DNA of 59,414 nucleotides, counting the filler, from Squatina squatina (lineage: Eukaryota): NCBI GenBank assembly GCA_031763465.1. It is 3 parts of 3 records of this genome, joined end to end, with 100 filler letters (N's around TTAATTAATTAA, not from the genome) between each part and the next. Parts side by side here need not be neighbours in the genome. Positions count along the whole stretch, not along the records: positions 23,581 to 42,089 come from JARFOE010000194.1; positions 42,190 to 59,414 come from JARFOE010000115.1; 1 more part is not named here. One strand, written 5' to 3'. Positions 38,017-51,327 of the stretch are shown here, piece by piece (positions within the stretch are counted from its first letter, which is position 1; every line of letters begins with the position of its first letter). A program made the translations under genes and the position numbers. The notes beneath the pieces were generated by a model, which saw only the letters and a program-made list of their open reading frames with translations, was not told the DNA's origin and searched no databases.

Positions 38017-39319
38017 NNNNNNNNNNNNNNNNNNNNNNNNNNNNNNNNNNNNNNNNNNNNNNNNNNNNNNNNNNNNNNNNNNNNNNNNNNNNNNNNNNNN
38101 NNNNNNNNNNNNNNNNGGATAGAGTACTTCCCAGAATTTTTGACTGGCTGCTCACTGAAGCAACATTAAAGTCTTTGGCCAACTATTGGTCTCTACTAGA
38201 TTCCTCATGTGAATATAATGTGACCCTTCAGCCCTTTCTGACGAGACATTTGTAACAACAGCAAACCAACGGTTTCAGTTGTCAGTGAAAGAAAACCTAT
38301 AAAGAAATCTATAATGCAAAGAAGAAATATCAAATAATATTGTTACTAGGTAATGAATAAGGAAGCAATAACCAGCAAATTGCTGCTGGATTTTGGGTAT
38401 CTTCGGTGATGCTGTCATTAGACTGTGATAATGGTACATTTACAATCAGTGGCAGTGCCTTTGGAACATTTGTATTCTTATTTTATACGCTTCATCTTCG
38501 CACTGCCATTTGTCATACATTTTTGCTTTTCCAGTATTTTGCAGTAAATTATTTTTAGCAAACGGATTTATGTCTGAAGGGAGTGATGGGAATGAAATAG
38601 TTTCCTACTATTGTCATCAAAGTTTCGATTTTCCAAAAAAAAAGCCCTGCAGGTTTGTTGTACTGGGAGCTCAGAATGGCAGTGCTGAATTTCCCAATGG
38701 AGCCCCTAATTTTCCTAAATTGGCCTAAGGTTTTTCCTCCGCTTTTTTTCTCTTCCAGGAGATTTTGTGACAGGAGGGGGGCATGGAGGGGCATCTATGG
38801 TGAATGAAGGTTGCACCATGCCTGAATGGCACAGGCTGGCGGACCAGTTGGTCATTTGCTGCCTTGTTTGTGTGTTTGTATATAATTGCGCAACAGCTGG
38901 AAATTTGTGCCACTCTAAGCATATGTGCCAGGCCAGAACTGGCAGGTGAAAGGTTAAACAACTGGCAGGGCAAAACCTTTCTAAATCTCTCAAAGTGCAG
39001 CACAGTCTGTCTCCCCTTGGTGTGAACTCATTTGATGAAAGAGTTCTTGTTAACAAGGTTGTTTTTGACTGCGGCAAGTTACTGTGGCCAGAAGCAGCAA
39101 ACATCAAGGCCCAAGTACACACATACATTACAGATATGCACCTGTAATAAAAACAAACAACAAAAAATGCATCTTTTCAATCAGGGTCAATCTAAATAAA
39201 GAGGAAATTCATCTCCAGCCTTCAAGCCTCCTTGCTGTGGATGTTCATATTTCCGGTTTAAAATCCCAAATGCGTTCAGCCAGTCTGAATCCAAATATTG
39301 ATATGGCTTCATAATAATA

Positions 39320-39800
39320 TGGCAGGGGGGTAAAACCAGCAGCAGGAGGGAAGGTCAGACATAGTGGTGGGCGGGGGACAGAAAGATCGGCAATCGAGTG
39401 GGGGGAGAGAGAGATCGAGATTGGCAGGGGGATTGAAGGGCTGGGCCGGAGCCCTCCTGCTCCTCCTGGCCCACAAGAAGTGCTGAAAAAGGCACATATC
39501 TTGCGCAGCCTGCAGCTCCTGCCTCCCTTTCACTGCCAAGTTTCACGACTCCTGGGAAACCTGTGCAGTAGCAGTAAGTTTTAAATCAGGCTCCCAACTG
39601 TACTGCGGCAGCCCAATTTCAATACGCTGATGAAGTGTCTCGCCTCTCTACAGCGGGACACTCGGATGCCATGATATCCGCCACCGGAAAAAGGTGGTGG
39701 GCATGCATGCGGCAAGTTAGGGCCGCGTTTCGTGCATTTGACAGTTTCGCCTCCCTGACCCCCTCCCGCCCGTTGTGGGCGGGGAGGTTAATATCCAGGC
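39320..39800. mobile_element. GC-rich MITE-like copy related to 26483-27101
   Basis: Shares the 'ggagc...cctgctcctcctgg.ccacaag.a...g..gaaaa' block and ends 'ggttaatatccaggcc'. Confidence 0.55.
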
Positions 39801-40237
39801 CATTTTGTATGTTCTGCTTCTTTGCTAACACAGTCTAAAACTAATCCCACTGTCCTGTTCTCTTCTCATAGCCTTGTATCTTCCTCTACTTCAAACACAG
39901 ATCCAATTTTCCTCTGACAGAAACAATAGTCTCTGGCTCAATCTCTCCCTGTGGCAAAGCATATCATGCTCCGACAAAGAGTTGTGCAAAGAAATTGCTC
40001 CTAATCTCTCTCCTCACTTTCTCAATGATGTTTTTCTATTGATGATACTTTGTCACTGATTACCCAACAAGAGGAAATAAGGGTGAGAGGCAAGGCAGGT
40101 GGAATGATGCAGTGATGTATGACAGACAAGGGAGTTNNNNNNNNNNNNNNNNNNNNNNNNNNNNNNNNNNNNNNNNNNNNNNNNNNNNNNNNNNNNNNNN
40201 NNNNNNNNNNNNNNNNNNNNNNNNNNNNNNNNNNNNA

Positions 40238-40890
40238 TTTGACATGGTCAGCCACTCCATCCTCTTGCATCACCACTTCTATGAGAGATATAACTTTGTT
40301 GGATCGCCCATGTGTGGTTCCACTTGCTCCAATGTAGCCAGGACATCCCCAGTAATGGCTTCACCCTCCATCTCTGAAATATCCCAGAATTCTTACTTTG
40401 GTTCCTTTTTTAATGTTCCTGCTTAGCGACATTCAGTGTTTTTTAATATGCGATGAAACCTCTTCACTACCACCCTTGATTCCATGACCACCTCCTTACT
40501 GCCAGACTATCTGCCCAGTTGTGGATGAGTCAGAACTTCCTCCACTTGAGCATTGGGAGTACCAAAGTCATTTTATTTGGCTCCTGCCAAAAAATCTATC
40601 TTGTCCCTGCTTATATCCTGTCACTGGCTGCCTATTCAAGCTGAGCTAGTGTGCAAAACCTTAGTGTCCTGTTAAATCCTGAACTAAGCTACAAACCCCA
40701 TACCCATCCATCATCCCTCACTTTCACCTCTGCAGTATTTTCCCTCTCTGCCTTTGCCTCACTCCCACTGCCATTGAAACTCTTGTCCACACTTTAATTA
40801 TCTCCAGATTCAACTTCTCTGAAGCCTTTCTTCTTGGCTTCCTGAGTTTCCAAATACACAAACTCTAACTCATCCAAATACCTGGAGTCA
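40238..40890 (+). mobile_element. Degenerate L2 LINE RT/C-terminal fragment
   Basis: FDMVSHSILL (AFDTV.H.IL-like), then decayed WMSQNFL.L....TK and SRFNFS..FL.G.P (SRLDY.N-like) segments. Confidence 0.7.
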
Positions 40891-43800
40891 CATCATTTCT
40901 CCTAATGGAACGTTACTGCACAGAAACAGGCCATTTAGAGCCATTAAATCCGTTTTTCTTGACATGAATCACATAATCAAATCCCACTCTCCTCGTTTTC
41001 CATCCCTTTTTTTAATATTTTTTTAAACAATTATACAGCTCTCATTGGAAAGAAAGACTTGGTATTGCAATTTAGTCAGTGCCTGTTGTATTCGCAAAGT
41101 CTTTCATAGTCAAAAAAGATCAATGGAGACACACCAGCACTATAATATTTGAAAGGTTACATTTCAGATCACATTCCTTGCATTGTTTGTTTATGTTACA
41201 TCACATGCGACACAGCTGCCAACAGTTATGGGACTGAATCAGATGTTGTTCCAACTGGTTAACCTTTGAACCCCTAATGGCAGACAGGTATTTTTTTTTA
41301 ATTTCAGCTGTAGTGCTTTATAACTTTTAATTCTCAGGACAATACCTTAGAAATGCTCAAACAAAGCCCATGGTTTATGTGTAAGATGATAGCTGTTCCA
41401 TTAAATGAGCTCATTTTTATGTTGTAGCCTGGGAAACTCAGCCCAGTAAGATTTAAAGCTGCAATGGCCCACAATGTGATGCAATTTTAAGTTGAATAAT
41501 TTCAGTATAACTGTTTTACTTACTTAGAATTACACTTGTTACGCTGTCTGTTGCTGAGATATTAAATCTTTCATATTAAGATCCCAAGGTCTGGGTGCAG
41601 AGTGGGTCATTGGCAGGAACTTAGAGGAGAATTGCAGAGGTCAGTCACAAGAGTATCTAAGCTACATATGGCTGAAATGGATCTCTGGTGTAGAAAATGA
41701 AACATCTCTGAACGGATACAGTAATAATCACAGTAATGGCTCCCCTGATAGTTTAGTGTGTAAATGCCAGGCACAGTTTGGTTCTGAGCCGTACCGACCA
41801 AAAAATCACAGATTTACTCTTGGGGCTTCAGCACCCCAGGCTAGGAGGGGGAAAAAACCAGACATACTTCCTTCTCTTGATTGCCATCAAAACCTCCTGC
41901 TGGAAAGTGCAAGTGTTTGGATGGCAAATAAGCACAATATGTAGCTCAGCTATGATGCTCCCTATGGCCTGCAAACACTCACTGTCTAGGCTTAGAAAGA
42001 ATGGCAGCTGGGAGAGATGCTTGTGGAACTGTGCCATGAATCAACATCTTTAAGAGTGAAGGGGAGAAAAGGAAGAGAAAATTGGTTAANNNNNNNNNNN
42101 NNNNNNNNNNNNNNNNNNNNNNNNNNNNNNNNNTTAATTAATTAANNNNNNNNNNNNNNNNNNNNNNNNNNNNNNNNNNNNNNNNNNNNTCCTCTTCCAC
42201 CATTTTCATTGCACACAAAGGACTGCTCATGCAGAATTCCATGTCTGGTTCATTGCTCGTGTAACTTCTGGAATTTTGACATGCCAACGCCCCTAGCCCT
42301 TATTTTAATAAACTTAAATGAGCTCCTTGGGGACTCAACGGGCAGATCGTGGGTGGCCCAAAATGGAATCGGGTATTTGAGCATGTCGATTTTTCATAAA
42401 TTTGTCTCCTGACTCAGTATGTGTTATATTCTGTCTAGTTAATGTAATGCTCAAGAATACTCCTGCCCGATATCATCACAATAAAAGTGCTTCAGTGCAA
42501 TGTTGCTTAATAGGATTTTCCAGAAGGAACTCAGCCCCATCCCCCCCGCCATCCCAACCTTTACCGCCCCAAGAAAAGGATTGTGCTCGGGAAACATGCT
42601 TTACAATGAGACTGTAATGTACTTATGAATAACTATTACCCCCTAAAGTTATTTTCTCCTCTAAATATATTCTTTGTGCATCTTTTATAGATTTTTTTTG
42701 TTGATGCCAGTAAAGCAATAAAGTTTTATCTGCTGTATATCAATCTATCAACTCAAAAAACCATCTGGCCTAGCACAGACAGTAGAATTTAATAGATGTA
42801 ACAGTTATGTGATATGCAGCTACTTCCAATACTTCATTATTTATCAAACACTTCTGGGATGATTTTTCTCAAGCACTGGGAACAGGTATCAGAAATTTGG
42901 GTCTACACTGCGTCTGCTCCGGCAGTTGCCATTTCCAACTGGCAGTGTGAAGTTGGGAAATTACCCTTTCACTGTAGTTTCACTAAATTACTTATACTTT
43001 ATAATGGTTATACAACTTTCCTGAAACCAGATAGAAATTATTTGTTGATAACATTGCAGTACTGCATTTTTAAAAATTCCTCAGCATGGTTTCCTGCACT
43101 GAAGTACTGGGACAAAACTAAAAAAAAAATCTGTCCAATGAAGGTGTTCCGTTTGTTGAGAAACTGTACTGAAGGACTCCGGCCCATGACACAGAACAAC
43201 ACCAATGTCCCCAGAAGTGGGTCCCTTTTTCCAGAACAGCTTTGAGTTTTTGGAATAATTTGCCTTTCTGTAACTCAACCTGACACTTTACCAGTTTAGA
43301 GTATGTACTGACAGGTTAATAACTCCCAATTTTGACACACTTCACATCCATTAGTCATAATTACTTCTTTTCTCTTGTATTTTCAATAGTTTTAATATGA
43401 CAGTCTTTATGTAAGAGGTAATTATAGTAATAATACATTTATCCAATGTTTAAGTCTTTTTCAGGCTCAGTGACTACTCACATTGCAATTCTGATTTTTA
43501 AGTCATGTAACTTTCCTCAGTTTTGACTTTTATATTTCAAAATAGTCAGTTTATTTGAATATATGTGAAAGGATTAAGACAGGATATCTTAGTATTCAAA
43601 GCAGAGCCTGAGAACATTTAANNNNNNNNNNNNNNNNNNNNNNNNNNNNNNNNNNNNNNNNNNNNNNNNNNNNNNNNNNNNNNNNNNNNNNNNNNNNNNN
43701 NNNNNNNNNNNNNNNNNNNNNTAGAGCCCGATGGTTTTTGGAGTTCATTGCTCAAGAGTAACAATGTCATTAATAAAAAGAAAAACGAAGGGCTCTAGTC

Positions 43801-46800
43801 AGTAGCATTCCATTTGACTTAATTGATACCATTGTCATTGCTCCTATTATCCACTTTCTAATAACTGTTGAGTTTAATAAGGTAGCTGTAGATTTGATTT
43901 TTGATCCTCTTATACAACATAATGATGACAATTGTGATTGGTATGACTTGTGTGTAAAAGTGAGACATGAGGTACAGTTGGCAAAGAAAATGCACAAAAT
44001 AATTTTAATTCACCACTTTATACTGAGATACAGCACAAGTTTCAAGAATTAAGTGTCAGAAATAAGAAATTTATAATCATTGTTATCTACATGTAAGATC
44101 AAACAACTATTAGGATGAAAGTTAATCAACAAAGCAGGGTCATTTTGATAATATTTAGTTCCTTTCTGAAAAGATGATTAGTATATCCACTTGTGTGACT
44201 AAATGATGATGTGACCCAGTCATAACTAAACAAATCACAAAGCAACAATGTAACAAGACAATGTTAGATCAGCTCAACAGCAATCATTACTCCTCTGCTG
44301 ATGACATCTCATGGGAAAACAACATATACTTCACCCCNNNNNNNNNNNNNNNNNNNNNNNNNNNNNNNNNNNNNNNNNNNNNNNNNNNNNNNNNNNNNNN
44401 NNNNNNNNNNNNNNNNNNNNNNNNNNNNNNNNNNNNNGCAAGCCCTTCACGGTCCGGCTAACACCTCCCGGAGGCGCGAATCTGGCGAGTCTGAAAGGGG
44501 CATTTCTCCCTGTAAATTCAAAAGTTTGTTTATTGCCCAGTCTCTAGTGTTAGTAAAAAGATAAGTACTGATTCATAAATTCTTTTTACTGATAAGACAC
44601 TTCCTACTATAGATATTAATCAAACTATTTCCCCCTTTTCACTGAGGTGGGAGAAAGGAGGAATCAGCTTTTGGCATCTGGACAACAGCCATTTTTTAAA
44701 AATGTAAAAGGAAATAATTTTCATGCAGTTTGCATTTCCATTAGCCTCCCCTTAAAGCGTTACTTGTGGGAAAGGAGACTAGTGGCTTTGTCACATGGAA
44801 TGAACACTAACAAAAGCTGCCACTTATCCGGCACAAAACAAGATTGCTAATGGTGAAAATATACAGCAGTTTTTGTATTGTAGCTCACTACCTCCCATTC
44901 CTGATGAAGGTACTCACACTGCAGTGTGAAGAATGCAAAAAAAAGAAAAGAATTTGACTGACACGTTCAAGCAATATACTCATTGTTGGAGGTAATACTA
45001 AGGGGTCAGGTTACTGCTACGTCTTGTTCCTAATCAAACATACTATTCACCCACTTCTACATTATTGCTAAATTACAATACACTTCTTGCACACAAGGGC
45101 TGCTGGCCTCTCAACAGTGTCTCTTCACCAAACCTTTAATCCCACTGCTGCAGACAAGCCTGTTACTCAGTAAATTAATAATGTTTATCACTCAGGTATA
45201 TTTATCATGGTGAGAATTATGGATAATTTATACACAGCGTTGATTGCAAATTGCACTTACAAAAACACTTATCACACTTTCAATTAATGGTATCATTTCA
45301 AGCTCTGTGCACTTGTTAGAACACTGTTTCTGTAATTAAATTCAATACACCACTTTTAAGGCTCATGGTAGAACAGTATATTAATAAATGCTGCCCTTGG
45401 TATCAATTTGTGAAAAGAAGCAAATAAACAAAATGTTTGATGGTGCATACAACACAAATCCATTTTTGCACATCCCATTGCACTGAACGTACCTGCTCCA
45501 TTGGCAACAGAAATTTAAAAAATATGATTCCAAAGAGCTGTGAAGTGCTACCAAAAAGACAATTAAGATTCAAATTTATACTCAATTAAAGAAAACCTGA
45601 TAAATCTTGCTGCAATAAAATTCAGTTCTAAACAAAATCAATAACCTGCTTTCTTGTATACATTTTTGAACAAGGCAGAGCTGAATCTTCTATGATGAAG
45701 ACAGTGTCATAATAATTAGGGCAACAGCTAGGCTTCAGACAAAAGACAGCTTTTTAATATGCAAATTTATGCAGCCAGGGCCATTCAGATGAGGCAGATT
45801 TCTACCTCTTCTGGTAGATTCGTCTTCACTGCTAATCATCTGAAGGCTGCCAAATGTTCCCTGACACTAATGTATTACAGGTCAACAGAGGCAGGTCTTC
45901 ACCTATTACCCCACAACAATGTGCTCCCCTCCCCATTCCCTCTTCATCATTTGGAGCAATTACTGGCAGATGCAATCAGATGCCTTGAATAGAAGCAACT
46001 GGGGCTTGTTTGTGGCTTGGATTCATTAGTAAAGAGGAGGAAGAAAGGAATAAATTACATAATTGCAAAAAAACAGTGGCCGAAGCCATTTGATGCAAAG
46101 CTGATTGTGCATATGTGTATTTGGTCAGTCGTGGAATGGAGGATGTTGGGAGAGCTGAAGTATGCTTCTACACCACAAGTTTTGGGTGTTCTCCGAAACA
46201 GATGGCTTTATAAAACGCCCATTCTTCTCCTTGTCNNNNNNNNNNNNNAATTATTCTTGTGTTTGATGTTTGCTTTAGTTACTTCCACACAGGGACCCTA
46301 TCATCGCTTTCCTGCAACATTTTATGATCTAAAATTTTAATCATGCTTTTGATGGCTTTCCATCAGGGTTGACAGTACAGAAAATACTGATACTTTGATT
46401 TTTGTATCGGCTGGAATGAGTACAAAGCAACATGAAATTAAGAGAGATCATTTAGTTTTCCCACATGCTAGTATGGTATTCTTGAAAGTCTAATTTATGT
46501 ATNNNNNNNNNNAGCACAAATTCACTTCATCTTGATACAGAGGTTTAGCACCTCTGCATTAGGATTAAACACATCATAGGATAACACTGCTATTTTGTAG
46601 ATCCAGAACAGCAGACAGTAACTGTTAATATAATGTAATTACATTATGGTAGTTGATACAACTATTAGCATGTGAAGGTTCATACAAAATAATGTAATAC
46701 TTAGCTTAAAATGACAGATTTATAAAGAAGTGTGTCGGGAATTGATCAGGAACATTTTTATAGTGACTGAATAAATTAAATTCCATTGTTATTAAATGGG

Positions 46801-47333
46801 TTGCTGGGGATTTTTATTTTTGCCAGAGATTTGAGGACTGCACTCACAATTAAGCCCACTGATTTATAGTGACTGAATACGACAAATTCCATTTACTACA
46901 CGGGGTTACGGGACTTTCTAAGATTTTTGTGGTATTTCAAGAATAGTGTTCCATGGCCTAGCAATTGGATAAGTCTGAAAACGGATGCAGGCAACGCAAA
47001 GCGCTATGTGCCCGCACCCGTTCAAAGTGTGCAGGGAGCACACAAAATTCGTGCTGCCTGCTCATTGATTGCAGTACTGATCTCAGTGCGAAATACACGG
47101 CTGATTGGCTTAGCACTAAACAGGGGAGCCAATATCGGGTGCAGCCTACTGCCCAATAAAATTTTGCCCAGGCTCTCTGCACTTCTTAAAGGGGAGGTGC
47201 TTTGTTGCAGAAGCACCGCATTGTCACTCTGGANNNNNNNNNNNNNNNNNNNNNNNNNNNNNNNNNNNNNNNNNNNNNNNNNNNNNNNNNNNNNNNNNNN
47301 NNNNNNNNNNNNNNNNNNNNNNNNNNNNNNNNN

Positions 47334-48140
47334 AAATGAACTTCAATATAGATCAGTGCGAGGTGGTATATTTTGGCAGGAAGAATAAGGAGAGCACATA
47401 CTCCTTGGAAAATAAGAGTCTGAATGGGGTAGAGGAGCAGAGGGATCTGGGGTACAGATACACAAATCACTAAAAGTAGCGACGCAGTTAATAAGCCCAT
47501 TAAAAAAGCAAACAAAGCACTGGGGTTCATTTCTAGAGAGATGGAATTGCAGAAAAGTTATGTTAAACTTGTATAGAACCTTGGTTAGACCACACTTGGA
47601 GCACTGAAAAGTTCTGGTTTCCATATTATTAAAAAAGATATGGAGGCTCTGGAGAAGGTGCACGAAAAGATTTACTAGAATGATACCAGAACTGGGAGGT
47701 TAGAACCAGCAGGAAAGATTGAACAGGCTGGGGCTCTTTTCTCTAGAAAATAGAAGACTGATGGGTGACCTGACAGAGGTCTTTAAAATTCTGAAGGGTT
47801 TGATAAGGTAGATGTGGTAAAAAGTTTCCACTTGTGGGGGAGACCAGAACGAGGGGCTCATAAATCTAAGACAGTCACTAATAAATCCAATAGGGAATTC
47901 AGGAGAAACTTCTTTACTCAGAGTTATGAGAATGTGGAACTCGCTCCCACAGGGAGTGTTTGAGGCGAATAGCAGAGATACATTTAGGGGAAGCTGGATA
48001 AACACATGAGGAAGAAGGGAATAGAAGGATATGTTGATGGGGTGAGATGGGAGAGTTGTGGGAGGGGGCTCGTGTGGAGCATAAACACCAGCACAGACCT
48101 TTTGGGCCGAATGGCCTGTTTCTCTGCTGTGAATAGTTTG
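47334..48140 (+). mobile_element. CR1 LINE 3' part including the 3' UTR
   Basis: RDLGVQIHKSLKV, LYRTLVRPHLE, RLGLFSLE and FFTQ..R.WNSLP motifs. Ends 'gggccgaatggcctgtttct'. Confidence 0.9.
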
Positions 48141-48292
48141 TAATTTTGAAGGGAGGAAAGACATTTATTAAGGACGGATTTCGGTTTGTGCGTAAGGGTT
48201 AGGGTCATTGCCCTATAATGAACCATAGGGACTGTAGATCGGGCAACAAAACACGGCCTATTTGATGGCCTTTATTCCAATTTCTTTCGGAA

Positions 48293-48640
48293 TATAGGAA
48301 CAGTGGTAGGCCATTCAGCCCCTCAAGCCTGCTCCACTATTCAATTAGATCATGGCTGATCTGTACCTCAACTCCAATAACCCATCTAGGCTCCATATCC
48401 CTAGATACCATTACCTAACAAAATTCTATCGATCTCAGTCTTGAAAGCACCATTTGTCCCAGAATCTACAGACTTCTGGAGGTGATAATTCTAGATTTCT
48501 ACTACCCTTTGTATGAAAAAGTGCTTCCTAACTTCCCTCCTAAATGGCCCAGCTCAATTTTAAGATTATGTCCCCTCGTTCTTGATTCCTCCTTCAGAGG
48601 AAATAGTTTCTCTGTATCTACCCTATCAAAGCCTTTTAAC
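48293..48640 (-). mobile_element. CR1 LINE 3' end, opposite orientation
   Basis: 'taggaacagtggtaggccattcagccc' is the reverse complement of the CR1 3' terminal stem-loop region. Confidence 0.8.
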
Positions 48641-50869
48641 AATAGATTGTTGTCTATGTTCTTAACTAAAAATATATGAAAGTGTGTAGTGCAATATTTA
48701 AGCTTAATATATATGTTTTGAACTAGCTCTTTTGATGTTTTTCAGCTAGGTTTACAGGAGAGCAAGCTGCTTAATTTGAGATCCTATTGCAAGAGTAAAT
48801 TACAAGGAAGTATAAGAGTGAATATAAGAGAGTTTAATAAGACATGTGCACAAAAGGAGTGACATTACTGCATAATTAAGCAAATCTTGTATAAAGATGT
48901 GGCATAATTATATATTTGAAATAGTTAATTAGTAAGCTACTTTGCAATTTCAATGAATATGAAAGTAATTATACATAAATACTGTAACCACTAGAAAAGT
49001 GACTATTATAAATCCAATAACTAATTACAAAACACCACACACATATTTTGCAGGACAAATGCCACAAACTCATTTTTCTTTTATTGTAATGCAAACAACA
49101 TGCTGTCCGGCAATTTTAATTCAATTATTTTTGTACATGTTACCTTGTATATCTCTGTTTTAACTTCTAAAGCCTAAAAAGTGACCCATTGCTGTCAGAA
49201 TAATACTTGATCAGACCTACAGATAGGAGATAGGTAAACTTATTTGCTTAGCAAATGAATGTTTTTTTTCCTAGAAATCATCAACATTCAGCCCATCGTG
49301 CCTACAGTGGTTATTTGAAAGAGCTATCCAATTAGTTGCACTCCCTTGCTCTTTCCTCAGAGCCCTGCAATTTTCTCCCTTTCAAGTATTTATCCAATTC
49401 CCTTTTGAAAGTTACGATTGAATCAGCATCCACCACATACATAGATAAAAGTTATACCAACTATGAGGTATCGTAATTTTAATCCCTCTGCAATACTTCA
49501 CTTGTTGCAACTTTAGAAATCCTAGCTGCAAACCTATATTGCACTTCAATCTGCATAATGAAATATTATTGTGGAGTGAACCCAGTAGAATCTCCATTTA
49601 CTGCTCAGCTGAAGAAAGCTTTCTATGAAAAATAGCAAAATATATTTCACAACTGAATCCATCTCTGCAGCTACTGTGACTGGAGCCTGCTCTACAAGCA
49701 TTGTGATATGGATATCATAAGGACAATACTACTGGGCCACTTATCTATTCACTACTTAAGTAGATTGTTCATAGTTTCTGTCATCAGTCTTGTTTGATGT
49801 CTTGGTGAACAAGAAAGATGGCTCCATGGATGCACCAGTATTTTTNNNNNNNNNNNNNNNNNNNNNNNNNNNNNNNNNNNNNNNNNNNNNNNNNNNNNNN
49901 NNNNNNNNNNNNNNNNNNNNNNNNNNNNNNNNNNNNNNNNNNNNNGTAAGCTGAAAGTATTGTGGTCTTTCTTTAGCTCAGAGATGTTACTGAATCTTTC
50001 AAATGTTAATCACCCCTTAGTTCTCCCCCTTCTGCCCCCCTCCCCCTCCCAAAAAAGGGGGAGAAGCAGAGTCCTTTTCCATTATTCTTCAACAGTGTGT
50101 TTTAGGTGATAGCACAGCAGTGGGACATGGTAATTCTTTCAAGGTGGATGTTGAATAATTGTGCTGCTTCAGTGTCATTTGCCTCAGGCTAGTTTCCCGC
50201 TAAGATGTTTTTTCTCTTCCAACCCTCACTGTTGCTAGCTGATTTGTGACCACATCACTTGAAGGGTAGAGGTTGGACACTACATGCAAAACACTTCATT
50301 TAAAAAAATGCTCTTAAATGTATTGTCAAAGTCAACGGCACAAACATGATGAAAGCTACACAGAGGTGTCCATGATTCCGACATAGCTAAACCTTGCTGT
50401 GTACAACCTCAAGAAATAGAAATCAGTAGCCTGTGTGACTGGCATCATTCCTAGAATCTGTGGTGCTTCTATCGTGTGAAAGCTTTGCCAGAACACCACC
50501 TGATTCAACAACGATTAAACTCTGTATGTTTCATGATGGAGCATAGCAGGAGGCATAGATGACAATTTAACAAATCGTTACTCTTGACAAAAGAGGTCTT
50601 GCTTTTATCACTTTAAGGTGGACTGAAGGGCAGCTTGTCTGTTAGATGTCATAACATCAAATGCAACAGTACATACATGGAGTCAGTACTAAAACTTTGC
50701 TATAATGCTGTTATAAGAAATAGCCACTTGAAGAGAGACTTGCATTAATATAGATTAATATAGCACCATATCATGTTTCTCAGAATTGTCTCAAAGCACT
50801 TTGTATACAATGAATTGCTTTTGAAGTGCAGTGAATATTGTGTAGACACATGCAGCAGCTATTTTGTGC

Positions 50870-51327
50870 CCTTTTCTTTTAGGTCCTGAGTTTTTTGTTG
50901 GACCTCGGCCTTCATTTGTCTGTAGACCTGTTTTCTTTTCCTCGAACTTTGGTGGCGCTTCCAGTTCACGAATGCCTTGAGTTTGCGGTTTAGCAGCTCC
51001 TGAATTTCCTGGTCGTTCTCGTCAAACCAGTCTTGATGTTTCCTGGTAGAGAGACCAAGAATCTCCTCGCAGGTGCTGGTGATCTTAGACTTGAGGGTGG
51101 ACCACACACTATGGACACTCCGTGATTCTGATTTGTTGAGCGTGGCCAGGTTTGTTGTGAGGCGTTGGTTGAGTAGGGCTTTCTTCGCAGGATCTTTGAG
51201 TCCTTCGATGCTGATTTTTCTGCAGCAGTTTTTCTGCTGCCGCTGTCGTTTTTGGGCCAGTTTTATGGAAATGATAAGTCCAACAAAAAACTCGGGACCT
51301 AAAGAATAGATGGTGGGTCGAAAGAGC
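50870..51327 (-). mobile_element. RTE-clade LINE ORF fragment (EN-RT linker)
   Basis: ORF 50859..51452 reads WSTLKSKITSTCEEILGLSTRKHQDWFDENDQEIQELLNRK. Confidence 0.85.
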
